A stretch of 64,000 nucleotides of DNA from Hypanus sabinus (lineage: Eukaryota), in assembly GCF_030144855.1 (NCBI RefSeq), contig NC_082731.1:20584001-20648000 (forward strand), given 5' to 3'. Below the pieces are notes generated by a model. The model made no database searches. It was not told the DNA's origin and saw only the letters and a list, made by a program, of their open reading frames with translations. The translations under genes were made by a program, and so were the position numbers. How positions within the stretch are numbered: the stretch's first letter is position 1; each line of letters begins with the position of its first letter. Shown here in pieces: positions 51,287 to 62,571 of this stretch.

Positions 51287-52304
51287 CTAGTGCTGTCTCA
51301 TATAATCTAGTGTAGTTTTGTATTGTTTCATAGAGCACAAGCGTCATGGAGGAACGTTGTTTCGTTTTTACTGTGCACTGTACCAGCGGTTTATGGTCGA
51401 AATGGCAATAAACTTGACTTGATTTGACAAAATCCTGCGTAGCGTGATCAATGGAGGGCACCATTCGCTGGGGAACTGGAGCAGCTCCGCGCAGAAAGCA
51501 CGAGGATCACCTTGTTGATTTGAAATGCTGCATTCAGAAGCAAAATGTGCCCAAACTCGTGGAACACTTCTTGAGTTTAAATTTACCTAGGATATTGTGG
51601 CGGCTTTCCGAAGCATTTCTACCCTATGGTATCCATGTCTCTCTGTTGCCTATAAGAATATTGTGTGGTTAATAATTTTCTAGACCCCATTTTTCACTAC
51701 CTTGAGGGATTGACAGTGAAGATAGCTGAAACCGATAGATAGTGATGTTATATATGACTAGACAGCACTGAACATGCTGTTTCATTAAGTGCTTCTGATG
51801 AATATAAATTTCATGTGTTGTCTATTAACATTAGCTTCCTAAAAGTGCAGATAAATAAATGTTTATTTTATGGTTTGATAAGTAATACCGACTAGAGTGG
51901 TGTTGCATTAAAGGATGTCCCCACAACGAGTTTAAATCTACATTGATGATGTACTAAAATTGCAGATTGGAATACGGAGGCGTACAGAGAACAACTGAGT
52001 GACATAGCGACGGAAACGTAGGACCGTAACAAAATAGGGAACAAAAAAGGAGATGCATCGCAAGAAATGCAGAACGAAGAATGGAAGGGTGAGATTGACA
52101 AAAAGAATACTGTTAGAGAGAATGATAAATAAACAGAGTTCCATTCATGTCGGTGGCTAAATAGGTTCAGCTCTGACTTCCACGGTCCAACTCCCAGTTC
52201 GCAGATCAAATTACACAGGTTTTAGGTAGCGTATCTGATATCATGTTCGTAAAACTGTGGTATTTGCTTCATGTCATCTGGCTGAAGACCGCGCGTGAAA
52301 GCAG

Positions 52305-52900
52305 ACACTACGTGCGTCCTTGATCCTTACTGTATAAATCGTCTGCGCAGCCTGGGCAATTTTTTTGCAAATACTTAGTTGGTGTCTGGCTGGTGTAATG
52401 AGAGCACTTGATGTTCAGACATTCTGTCCTTCTTCTGGAGAAGTGTGTGGGAAAGATCCAGCTCTCTGCATTGACAATTAAAGGAAGACGAATCGTATTG
52501 CTCAATTTCAGTTACACATCCGCAAGTACCTGTATATTCCACGGTCATTTCGGTTTCTACGAGCAAAGACATTTTTTTCTATCAAGAAGGAAGATCGGGG
52601 TAACTTATTAGCTGTGTATAATATATCGAGAGGGATAGCTAGAGAGGACAGTGTGCACTTCAGCCTAAGGGTGGAAATAGCTAATGCGAGATTACGATAT
52701 TTTAATGCGATTGGAAGTAATTACAAGGGGCATGCCGATGTGAGAATTTTCTGTTCTTTTTTAACAAAGAGAGTTCTGGCTACACAGAGTGTACTTTCAG
52801 GAGTCTATTGGCGTGGATAGCAGATTGGCTTCCCAACAGCAAACAAGGATTAGGGAATAACTAGATGAGAACTTGCTGACGTTGAATAACTAGTTAGAAA
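52305..52900 (+). pseudogene. Truncated V stump fused to a CR1 tail, copy 4
   Basis: Near-collinear with 25540-26060; GTGTGGGAAAGAT, RIVLLNFSYT, then CR1 tail. Confidence 0.75.
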
Positions 52901-53230
52901 GCCGGAAAAATGAAAAAAAAAATGTTGACCTAGGGGACTATTGCGGGATATATCACCAAATACCCAACTAAATAGTCAAATAGATAAACAAACTACTTCC
53001 AGCGGGATACAGTGGATGTATGTCCAAGAAGCGACCATGTGAACAAATCTTAATTGGGCATGATTACATATTGAGAGGTTTTTGAATATGTTGTGATTAT
53101 GCAGAGAACAGGATAACAAAAGCAGTAGGGCACACAGAGAATGAGAGAGGCAGACAGCGAGACAGAGAGAGACAGAGAGACAGGGAGAGAAAGGGAGTGG
53201 GGGGAGAGAGAGAGAGAGAGCGAGAAAGAG

Positions 53231-55520
53231 AGAGCTTCGAGACCATCTCGGTGGGGGATGGAGGTGTATAGGGACTGGAAGTCCATGGTGAAAATAAGAC
53301 GGATGGGGCCAGGAAACTTATAAATCATTGAAAGAATTCAAAGCATGAGAAGTGTCACGAACATTGGTGGGAATACATTGCAGAAGGGGAGATAAGACAG
53401 TGTCAAGGTATGCAGAAATGAGTTCAGTGGGGCAGGAGCAAGCTGGGATAGGCAGGTTTGTGGATTTTGGGTAGGAGGTAGAAACTGGAAGCGCGGGGTA
53501 TGGGAACGATGAGGTTTGCGGCAGTGGATGGGAGATCTCCAGAGCTAATAAGGTTGGTGGTGGTATTGGAGACAATGGCCTTGTGCTCCTTAGTGGGATC
53601 ATGATCAAGGGGTAAATAAGAGATGTTATCAGATAGTTGTCGCTGTGCCTCGGCCAGGTAGAGGTCAGTACACCAGGCAACAACAACTCCCCCCTTATCA
53701 GCAGGTTTTATAGTGAGGTTGGGATTGGTGCGGAGGGAGCGGAGAGCAGAGCATTCGGAAGGTGTGGGGTTGGAATTGCAACAGGGTGTGGTGAAGTCAA
53801 GACGGTTGATGTCCCTTAGGCAATTAGCAAAAAAAGAGATCCAGAGCAGGTAGAAGACCCCACCGAGATGGTCTCGAAGCTCTTCGGTTTATTTTGGATT
53901 CCAGATCTAACCAAATCCCCTCTACCACCACTCTTCTCCGTCTAGCGGAATTAGTTCTTACTTTCAATAATTTCGACTTTGGCTCCTCCCACTTCCTCCA
54001 AACCAAGTCTGTAGCCATGGGCACCCGTATGGGTCCCAGTAATGCCTACCTTTTTGTTGGCTTTGTGGAACTGTCCATGTTCCAATGCTATACCGGTATC
54101 CATCTCCCTCTTATCCTTCGCTACATCGACGACTGCATTGGCGCTGCTTCTTGCACGCGTGCTGAGCTCGTCGACTTCATTAACTTTGCCTCCAACTTTC
54201 ACCCTGCCCTCAAATTTACCTGGTCCATTCCCGACACCTCCCTCCCCTTTCCTGATCTTTCTGTCTCCATCTCTGGAGACGGCTTATCTACTAATATCTA
54301 CTATAAGCCTACAGACTCTCACAGCTACCTGGACTATTCCTCTTCCCACCCTGTCTTTTGCAAAAAGGCTATCCCCTTCTCACAATTCCTCCGTCTCCGC
54401 CGCATCTGCTCTCAGGATGAGGCTTTTCCTTCCAGGACGAAGGAAATGTCTTCCTTTTTTAAGCAAAGGGGCTTCCCTTCGTCCACCATCAGCTCTGCTC
54501 TCAAACGCATCTCTCCCATTTCCCGCACGTCTGCCGTCACCCCATCCATCGGCCACCCCACTGGGGATAGTGTTCCCGTTGTCCTTACCTACTATCCCAC
54601 CAGCCTCCAGGTCCAACATATAATTCTCCGTAACATCTGCCACCTCCAACGGGATCCACACTACCAAACACATTTTCCCTCCCCCCCTCTTTCTGCTTTT
54701 CGCAGGGTTCACTCCCTACGCGACTCCCTTGTCCACTCGTCCCCCCATCCCTTCCCACCGATCTCCCTCCTGGAACATATCCTTGTAAATGGAACAAGTG
54801 CTACACCTGCCCTTACACTTCCTCCCTCACCATCATTTAGGGTCCCAGACAGTCCATCCAGGTGAGGCGACACTTCACCTGTGTGTCTGTTGGTGTGGGA
54901 TACTGCGTCCGGTGCTCCCGGTGTGGCCTTTTATATATTGACGAGATCCGACGCAGACGAGGAGACTGTTTCGTGGAACACCTACGCTCGGTCCGCCAGA
55001 AAAAGTAGGATCTCCCAGTGGCCACACATTTTAATTCCACGTCCCATTCCCATTCTGATATGTCTATCCACGGCATCCTCAATTGTCAAAATGAATCCAA
55101 ACTCAGTTTGGAGGAACAACACCTTATATACCGGCTGGGTAGCCTCCAACCTGATGGCATGAACATTGTCTTCTCTAACTTCCGTTAAGGCCCCTTCTCC
55201 CCTTCTTACCCCATCTCTAAAATATTTACTTGTTTGCCTGTTCTCCATCTCCTTCTGGTGCTCCCCCCCTTTCTTTCTCCTGAGGCCTCCCGTCCCATGA
55301 TCCTTTCCCTTCTCCAGCTCTGTATCACTTTCGCCAATCACCTTTCCAGCACTTACCTTCATCCCACCCCCTCCGGTCTACGCCTATCATTTCGCATTTC
55401 CCCCTCCCCCCTCTACTTTGAAATCTCTTATTATTTTCCCATTCGGTTAGTCCTGACGAAGGGTCTCGGCCCGAAACGTCGATATCAGTTCTCCCTTTAG
55501 ATGCTGCCTAGCCTGCAGTG
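53231..55520 (+). mobile_element. Penelope-like retroelement (RT and GIY-YIG) with inverted 5' portion (53231-53857)
   Basis: + strand ORF 53894-54865 with VAMGTRMGPSNAYLF, LRYIDD, YKPTDSHSYL; GIY-YIG region at ~54880-55150; tail GTCCTGACGAAGGGTCTCGGCCCGAAACGTCG. The upstream RT part (LIFTMDFQSLYTSIPH) is on the minus strand. Confidence 0.92.
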
Positions 55521-55629
55521 TTCTACTTGTACAAGGTGAAAGCTTTCTCTGAAACGATTTCACACCACAATATCTATTGAGTGATAATTACAACCTGGAA
55601 GGAATCTGCCGTTTGATGCTGCCAGAAAT

Positions 55630-56085
55630 TAGACTCCACGCTTTTCCTCTGATCATTACTGAACTGTGCTTCCCAGTGCGTCTCCACGAAGGTGGCCAGC
55701 CAATTTCCTCGTCGGTTAATACAAGCCAGCTACTTTTACCTATTGTGACGTTTATTGCAGGAAGGAATGGGAAAGATTCAATGATGCCGGATCCTCCCGA
55801 CGTATGGGCTGAGAAATGAGAGACCATAACACTGAAATGTAATTACACTTACATTGATGCAAATATCTTTTGATATATGCAAGTTTGTGGATAACCTCCA
55901 AATTATTTGCTGCAGTTATATAGCACAGCAAAAATGGAATGGCATTCGTATTGCCCAGTGAGATTTACCGCACGTTTGCAGAAAGGTAGCAGGGCGGCTC
56001 AATTGCATGTCTTTGAATCTCCTTTGTCGAATACTGGCATGTGTGTGTATCTGTATGAAACTGGTTCTGTGTAATGAAAGAGAGC
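55630..56085 (+). pseudogene. V pseudogene (paralog of 26551 V), third member of cassette copy 4; RSS deleted
   Basis: Acceptor TTGCAG at 55760; GKDSMMPDPPD...TITLKCNYTYIDANIF*Y...YCPVRFT, with stops. The 3' end joins directly to the nonamer remnant GAAACT. Confidence 0.9.
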
Positions 56086-56699
56086 TGTCACTGGAGGATG
56101 CGTTTTTCGGAGAATGTGGAAGGGTCGCACTCAGAAAGTAGCTATGGTCACCTGCCCTACATAACAGAGCTGCAATAAACTACAAGGCGCCGAAGCGAAA
56201 GGAACAGTTCCAGATTACAACTCACTGCAAAATTAAATTGTTTTTTAAAATTAAAACAATTACAATGTTTTTCCAGGATACCGCAATGTGCATTGGCCCA
56301 CCAACTTCAGATGGAGGTCTCGAAGTTTGGTGAGCAGAGCCGGTAGGGATCCGAACGCACTGCTGGAAAGTACTAAGCCGAGAGCTGCTGTTAACCGGGG
56401 TCCCTTGAAAATGGGGGTAACCGGTATTGTCTATTAGAAACGTGGAGGGGAGGGACATGCAAAATTATATAGAGATTAGTCGTACAGAAGGAGAGACCCA
56501 GTGAGGCAACGACCTGACGTCTCGAGGAGAACACTTTCCAATGAATGTATCAAACAAACTCTGAAGTGCAAAATCACATCACTGAATGCTTATTGGGAAA
56601 AAGCTACAGTGTATCCCTACGGATCAAGGGTATTTATCTGATAACCATACTTGACAAAGTTTATCAGGTTACTCCGCTATACAGATCCATCTGCACCCG

Positions 56700-58400
56700 T
56701 ATCTGAGCAATGTACTGTTTGTTCTGATGTTACGTATGAAAAGACGAAAAAATCTGCCATACCTCCACTGCTGAGAGACTCGAACAAACTGAAGTTGAAA
56801 ACCAGGTTCTATAACGGGTCAGTCTGCTTCTCACAGGCCTGGGTTTTCCCAACTGGTTTTGCCGGAGAAGCATCGGACAACTGTGTTGAAGCCACCTCAT
56901 GAAGATTTAGGTCATTTGGTGTGTGTCAACATCTGTGGGTTGTTCCGATATGGTTATAGTAACCCTGTATGAAGGCTGCGATCGATGGGTACTCTGAGCC
57001 GTGCCCTCGATGTCTTCGGAAGAAGAGGCTATCTACGCGGGCCGCTCGATTATCCCATTTGCAGAGTGCGGGGCCACATAATCTAGTAGGAATGAATTTG
57101 CTCTACATCGAGCCTGATTCCAGCAGCATGGCGAATGTCTTGGGTTTACTTACAGTGCCACAAAACCTAATAGGCTCAGCCCTTTCGTAAAAAGGATCTG
57201 AGGGCGTCCACCGTTGTCAAAATATTGCGTTACTTATTGCCTTCCCAGACGGATGCACAGCCCTCACGGAAGCTATTTTGAGAGTAGGCTCATACACGAG
57301 TTGCTGAACGTGGTTGGAGTCGAGAAGACAAGGACTACTCCTTATCACACTCAGGGTAATACCAACATGAGACGTTCAACCGGACTTGCTTTACGTGCCC
57401 TGAATATCAGCAAAGAGAACAAATAGAGTCAGCATATTTGGTATCTTTTCCACTGCTACTACTGTACGCAGAATGAACCTATTGGATACACGTTTCGGAG
57501 CGAGGCGCAATCGCTTGCAAACATTTGTTTTGGGACTGGTGGGCAAGACTTGCCAGAGAAGACAGATCTTAAGAAGATGTCGGATTGATATTCACCGAAA
57601 CGCTTATGAGCTAGCAGAGGTATTTGCAACCAAACAGAGTCAAGAAAACAGGAGATATAATGAAAAGATTAGGTTATTCCAGTTGTTGTCTGGAGACTGG
57701 GTTCGCATACGGAATTTGTGGCTCCGAGGTAAGGATAAGTGTGGGTGATTGCTGGGTGGCTACGCCTTCCATGGTACAAAGTCTGATGACAAATGTGCCA
57801 GTTTTTGGGATGGGGGCAAAGGACGGGAATAGATCTACCGAAAGTCTCTATCAGAGTCACCTTTTATTCCTAGCCCGAGGTTTCTGCAGAGCCTAGCATA
57901 GTCCCTGCATCTAATTGGAGTAAATCTGCGCGACGTGGTAGAACAGAAGGACAATCGGTGAAGATCCCGGAAGGGGACATAACTACCGAATGTTGTAGGT
58001 ACTAAGCTGGTGAGGGAATGGTGGCGTGCTATATATTACCTTAGACGAACTCTTCAATGATTCCGAGCCTCCCCCACAATCTTCAGGGTGTGACGAGGGT
58101 TATTTTGTTTAGGTGATGTGGAAGACTAGCAGTAGGCAGGACAGTCGATGGAAGCTGGCTCTACAGTAACTGGGGATGAAACTGAGCTCAGTCGTGACGG
58201 GGCACTGAGTTGACGGAAGGCTCCAGCAATGTGCCGAGGAGGCCACTTCGGGTAGACAGGAAGGATTCAGACGCATCTAAGCCTGAAGTAGAGGCCGATG
58301 TGATATGAAAGCCTAACAGAGTCAGTTGACCACCAATGACTATGACGTATCGCGTGAACAGAACGTTGCACCTATTCCTATACGGAGATATGTCATTAAC
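56700..58400 (+). mobile_element. Decayed Ty3/Gypsy pol remnant (integrase) and 3' region
   Basis: HEDLGHL...CPRCLRKK (HHCC zinc finger), GPHNLVGMNLLYIEPD, KTRTTPYHTQGN, LSGDWVRIRN; many stops. Confidence 0.8.
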
Positions 58401-58589
58401 ATTTACAGATGGACGATCTGACATCACGAAATTCCTTTGAAACTGTTATCAATCCTGGATTGATAAATTTCAAAATATGAGAACATAATTATGACACGGA
58501 GCCAGGGAGAGACATGGCGTCCAAAGGCGACTCTTTTGCTTGCATCTTCAAAAACTACTAATTTTCCATATTTAATATATTTATTTTTT

Positions 58590-59330
58590 CCCATTCGGGG
58601 TTCTTTTGTAGACCCTGATCTGGCGTTACACGCAGGCCTCGGTTCTTTGTGGTTGTGTGACCCATTCTCGTGATTTCACGACTGGCCCTTATTCGACATT
58701 TGACCCGAGAGTCCCGCTCGTGCTTGGCAGCCTAAGATCTCGTGGGTCTGGAGATGGGCGGATCGTCGGTCAGTGTCACGCAGGAGACTCCTGCATCGTC
58801 GGAGAGGCCGGAACATCGTTGGCTTTGGGCCGAAGACATGAGGTCTTTGCGATCTTCGGACAGAGAGGTCGGAGAAGCGACGGAACAGCCCTTTAACATC
58901 GTAAACCAGCGGTTTGTTGTAACGTCCCCTGTTCGCTGCGGAAATGGAGGACTCCTTGCTCTCCCTTACTAGGGAGAGTGAAATCCTGTGGTTTGTCGAA
59001 TGTGAGATGAAATGCGAATCCTTTATTGTAAATCTGACCTATGTCTTTGACGTCGCCTAGCACACGCTTCGGCTTGGTAACTACCGATATGCATTTTTTT
59101 GCTGGTGGAAGAGGGACGATGGGAAAATCGCTGCTCGGTACCGCTTACGTGCGGGAGTGAGCAACTGGGAGTTACTTTCGTATTCTTACGCTTTACTGTC
59201 GTTTATTCCTTGGGGCACTTCTCTGTTTTCGTGGATGTTTCCAAAGTAAAAGCATTGCAGGATGTACAATATACAGTATACATTTCTCTGACATTAAATT
59301 GGACCTTTGCATCTTTGAACCTTTGAACAT
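58590..59330 (+). mobile_element. Unclassified retroposon-like repeat with (CTTTGAA)-type tail
   Basis: Ends ...ACATTAAATTGGACCTTTGCATCTTTGAACCTTTGAAC. No protein motif identified. Confidence 0.45.
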
Positions 59331-59939
59331 ACGATTTTTGGGGAGGATACAGTCTAATGCCCTGGTAAAATGTTACTGCCAATGTTGTAGGATATTCTAT
59401 GTTCTGTTTATTTTTTCTGTAGCAGCAGTGTGTTCTATTGGCAGTGTTTGCTTGGCGGTTAAAGGATTCCTTAGTAATGTTGTGTCATCCGATGAGGATG
59501 GTGGAACTGGGAGAAGTTTCTGTAGAACGCTGGAGGGAGGGAGTTTTGTTACAGACATTGAGGTGGATAGATTACTTTTTCGACGGGAGATGTACAGAGA
59601 AGAAGCTCGAGGGAACAAGTTTTAAGATTCGATCCGGCGGCAATCCGGGATTCGATGGTGTCCAAGAGGGGAAAATCTGACCTGATTCGGTGAATATGAG
59701 GTGATGCCGGGAGTACACATCAGACACATCGGCTTTTAGAAGATCTGAGCTCCAATCTTTGCATAGCATATTTGACGGTTTACATTTTATCTTTAATTTG
59801 TTTTCTTTAATAATTTTATGTTAACATTCATGAATATACGTTCATCAGGCTATGTATACAGCGTATGATCTGTTATTTCTTGCTGACGGGAAATTACACG
59901 ATACAGCAAATTACAGGGTATTGACACAAATTGGGGTTA

Positions 59940-60818
59940 GATTTCAGAAGTTTTCTGATGAGTCTGCCATAATTGGATGCATCATCAAGGGAGATGAGGC
60001 TGAGTACAGGGCTACAGTGGGAAACTTTGTCACATGGTGTGAGTAGATTCATCTGCAGCTTAATATGAAAATGACTAAGGAGCTGGTGGTGGACCTGAAG
60101 AGGGCTAAGGCACCAGTGACCCCTGTTTCCAGCCAAAGTGTCAGTGTGGACGGTGGAGGATTACAAGTACCTGGGGATACGAATTGACAATAAACTGGAC
60201 TGGTCAAAGAATACTGAGGCTCTCTACAAGAAGGGTCAGTGCCGTCTCTATTTCCTGAGGAGACTAAGATCCTTTAACATCTGCCGGACGATTTCGAGGA
60301 TGTTCTACGTGTCTGTGGTGGCCAGTGCTACCATGTTCGCTGTTGTGTGCTGGGGCAGCATGCTGAGGGTAGCAGACTCCAATTGAATCAGCAAACTCAT
60401 TCGTAACTTCAGTGATGTTGTAGGTGTCGATCTGGACTGACGGTGGTGTCTGAAAAGAGGATGCTGTCCAAGTTGCATGCCATCTTGGACAATGTCTCCC
60501 ATCCACTCCATCACGTACTGGTTAGGCACAGGAGTACATTCAGCCAGAGACTCGTTCCACCGAAATGCAAAACTAAGCGTCATAGGAAGTCATTCCTGCC
60601 TATGGCCATCAAACTTTACAACTCCTCCCTCGGAGTGTCAGACACCCTGTGCCAATAGGCTGGTCCTAGACTTATTTCCACCTGGCAGAATTTACTTATT
60701 ATTATTTAATCATTTACGGTTTTATATTGCTATATTTCTACACTGCTATTGGTTGGTGCGACTGTAACGAAACCTATTTTCCCTCGGGATCAATAAAGTA
60801 TTTCTGTCTGTCTGTCTA
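59940..60818 (+). mobile_element. Rex1/Babar LINE 3' fragment
   Basis: KFSDESAIIGCI, YKYLGIRID, KKGQCRLYFLRRLRSFN, SHPLH, RKSFLPMAIKLYN; AATAAAG then (CTGT)n tail. Confidence 0.88.
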
Positions 60819-61159
60819 GAGTGGACGAGAAATTCCGAACTCACGGTTTTGACGGAACCAAAGTGGTATCTACCCTCGATGTACGGAGCCTAAGAAAGTT
60901 GGTTTTGGCACGGCTGAGTCCGGTTGTTGTTATCGAGGAGCTAAAGATCCGCGTCTACAGAGATCCCCAGTCAATAGTGGCTCAGGAATGAGAAATAATA
61001 AGACTGACCTGCATTTGCACAAAAACTAATGCACATAATTGTTGGAAATTCAGAGAGTGAGAGAGAGACTGTGCAAAATGCTTCCTGAAGGAATTTAACA
61101 CAACATAGATGGATCAGTTTTCACGATGCCCAGTTTGCTTTCAAATTGTTTTGTGGAAA

Positions 61160-61308
61160 GACAGGAAGACAGTTCATTTAGGCATCACCAGTTGTTTTAC
61201 TTATTACTGTGCTATCCACTCAAACTATTGAAGGGGGATGTTCTGGACAGAACTGCTCTGGAGGGTGTGCTTAGCGAAGAAACAGAAAATCGCGAACGGA
61301 CAAAAAAC
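61160..61308 (+). pseudogene. Possible internally deleted V fossil
   Basis: TTGTGGAAAGACAGGAAGACAGTTC resembles an acceptor plus GKD start. CTTAGCG (61270), 23 bp ending CGG, ACAAAAAAC (61300-61308). Confidence 0.35.
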
Positions 61309-61863
61309 AGCGAAGGTTATCAACGAGATATAATCTGCACTCCGTTTCGTAGACGCTCACGTCTGAGGAATGCTTACGGTAATCATACTGACATCATAAA
61401 TATGAAATTAACAAAGGTTATTTGGGAGACCTAAATTTGCTATTCCTGTTGATCACAAAGCATTATAGCTGTAGACAACTTAATGTCCATCGTCTTCAAC
61501 CACTTTAGAAGACTTCTCTGCGGTTGGTATGGTGCGGATCGAGTGTAACCTAGCGATAGAACGTCTGTACAATCGTAATAGTCAACTAGTATGATATCAT
61601 TCGAAAGTGAACTGGTGTTAATGACGGTGCAGTCTAATACATACATACTCTGAGAGGGACCGAAGGAGTTCGAGCGAACGAGCGGAAGTTAGAAGGAGTG
61701 AAGGGAAGAGAGAGTTTATACAGCAGAAATCGTGTAGAGATAGGAAGAGAACAAAAGTATACAAGGATCGATTCTGTTTCGTCAACCTGTACTTTAGTAG
61801 CACAAATCCCGACGACTTTAAAGCACTACTTTAAAATGTTCGATCGAGACCGAATCCAATTCA

Positions 61864-62290
61864 ATGGATTTGCTTCGTCCTTCCTAATAAATGTCTTCGT
61901 ATTGTCCTTTAAGTTATTGAGACGATTTCCAATGTGTATTCCGTGTAATGCATATCAGACATCTTGCTCCAGTTTTTCCTTTATGGGAAGGACAAGAAGG
62001 AAATATTCAAGGGCAAAATATGACCTTGAATTAACGTTTGAGCAAGAATGTTCTGTAACATTAAACTTTACCTCTAAGAGCGGTTTGCAACTGTTTGGTA
62101 CATTCACTGTAGTGGAAATTACCCAAAATTCTTGCGGAAGTTGTATAGGTCGCAAAAGATTGAGCATACTCTGGAATAACCGGTCAAGTGTACCGCTGGC
62201 AACAAGACAATTTATTTCCGTATGCCTGAGGTGCCTGTATCGGCCTCCGCCATGTATCTCTCTGTGCCATGGAGCGAATATTCTCAGACG
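61864..62290 (+). pseudogene. V pseudogene whose RSS region runs directly into the next V
   Basis: ELTFEQECSVTLNF; WYIHCSGNYPKFLRKLY; PEVPVSASAMYL.CAME, with frameshifts and a stop. No nonamer. Confidence 0.8.
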
Positions 62291-62299
62291 GATTTGGCC

Positions 62300-62571
62300 A
62301 GTCTGAAATTCAGACAATAACACTGAACTGCAAATACACACAAGTTATTGCAAGCATTTTCGATACATTCAGAATCGCGGAAAATATCGAAAAAGAAAAA
62401 AAAAAAAACTGCTGAATATATATGGCTCATGTAAACTGCATCGTCCTCCAGAACGTCCGGCGATGATTACAACTGATAAGCACCAGCACAGTGTAAGCTA
62501 ATCTCTGGAGTTTACCTCCGTGCAATGGACCACTCTGTCTTGCAGGGAGAGAACGGATCCCGACAAAATCT
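62300..62571 (+). pseudogene. V pseudogene, first member of cassette copy 5; leader and start of exon missing
   Basis: EIQTITLNCKYT; LLNIYGSCKLHRPPE; poly-A expansion. CACTCTG (62531), 25 bp, ACAAAATCT (62563-62571). Confidence 0.8.

Noticed and set aside
61698-62306. 202-aa ORF as a novel protein
   Set aside because: Starts in a purine tract and drifts across frames of a frameshifted V pseudogene.
62487-62493. Perfect CACAGTG heptamer inside a V pseudogene
   Set aside because: No nonamer at 12 or 23 bp; expected by chance in 64 kb.
20390-62571. Pseudogene pool maintained as gene-conversion donors, as in chicken Ig
   Set aside because: Most pseudogenes carry frameshifts and have lost core residues, which fits neutral decay; only the 26551 V exon stays open.
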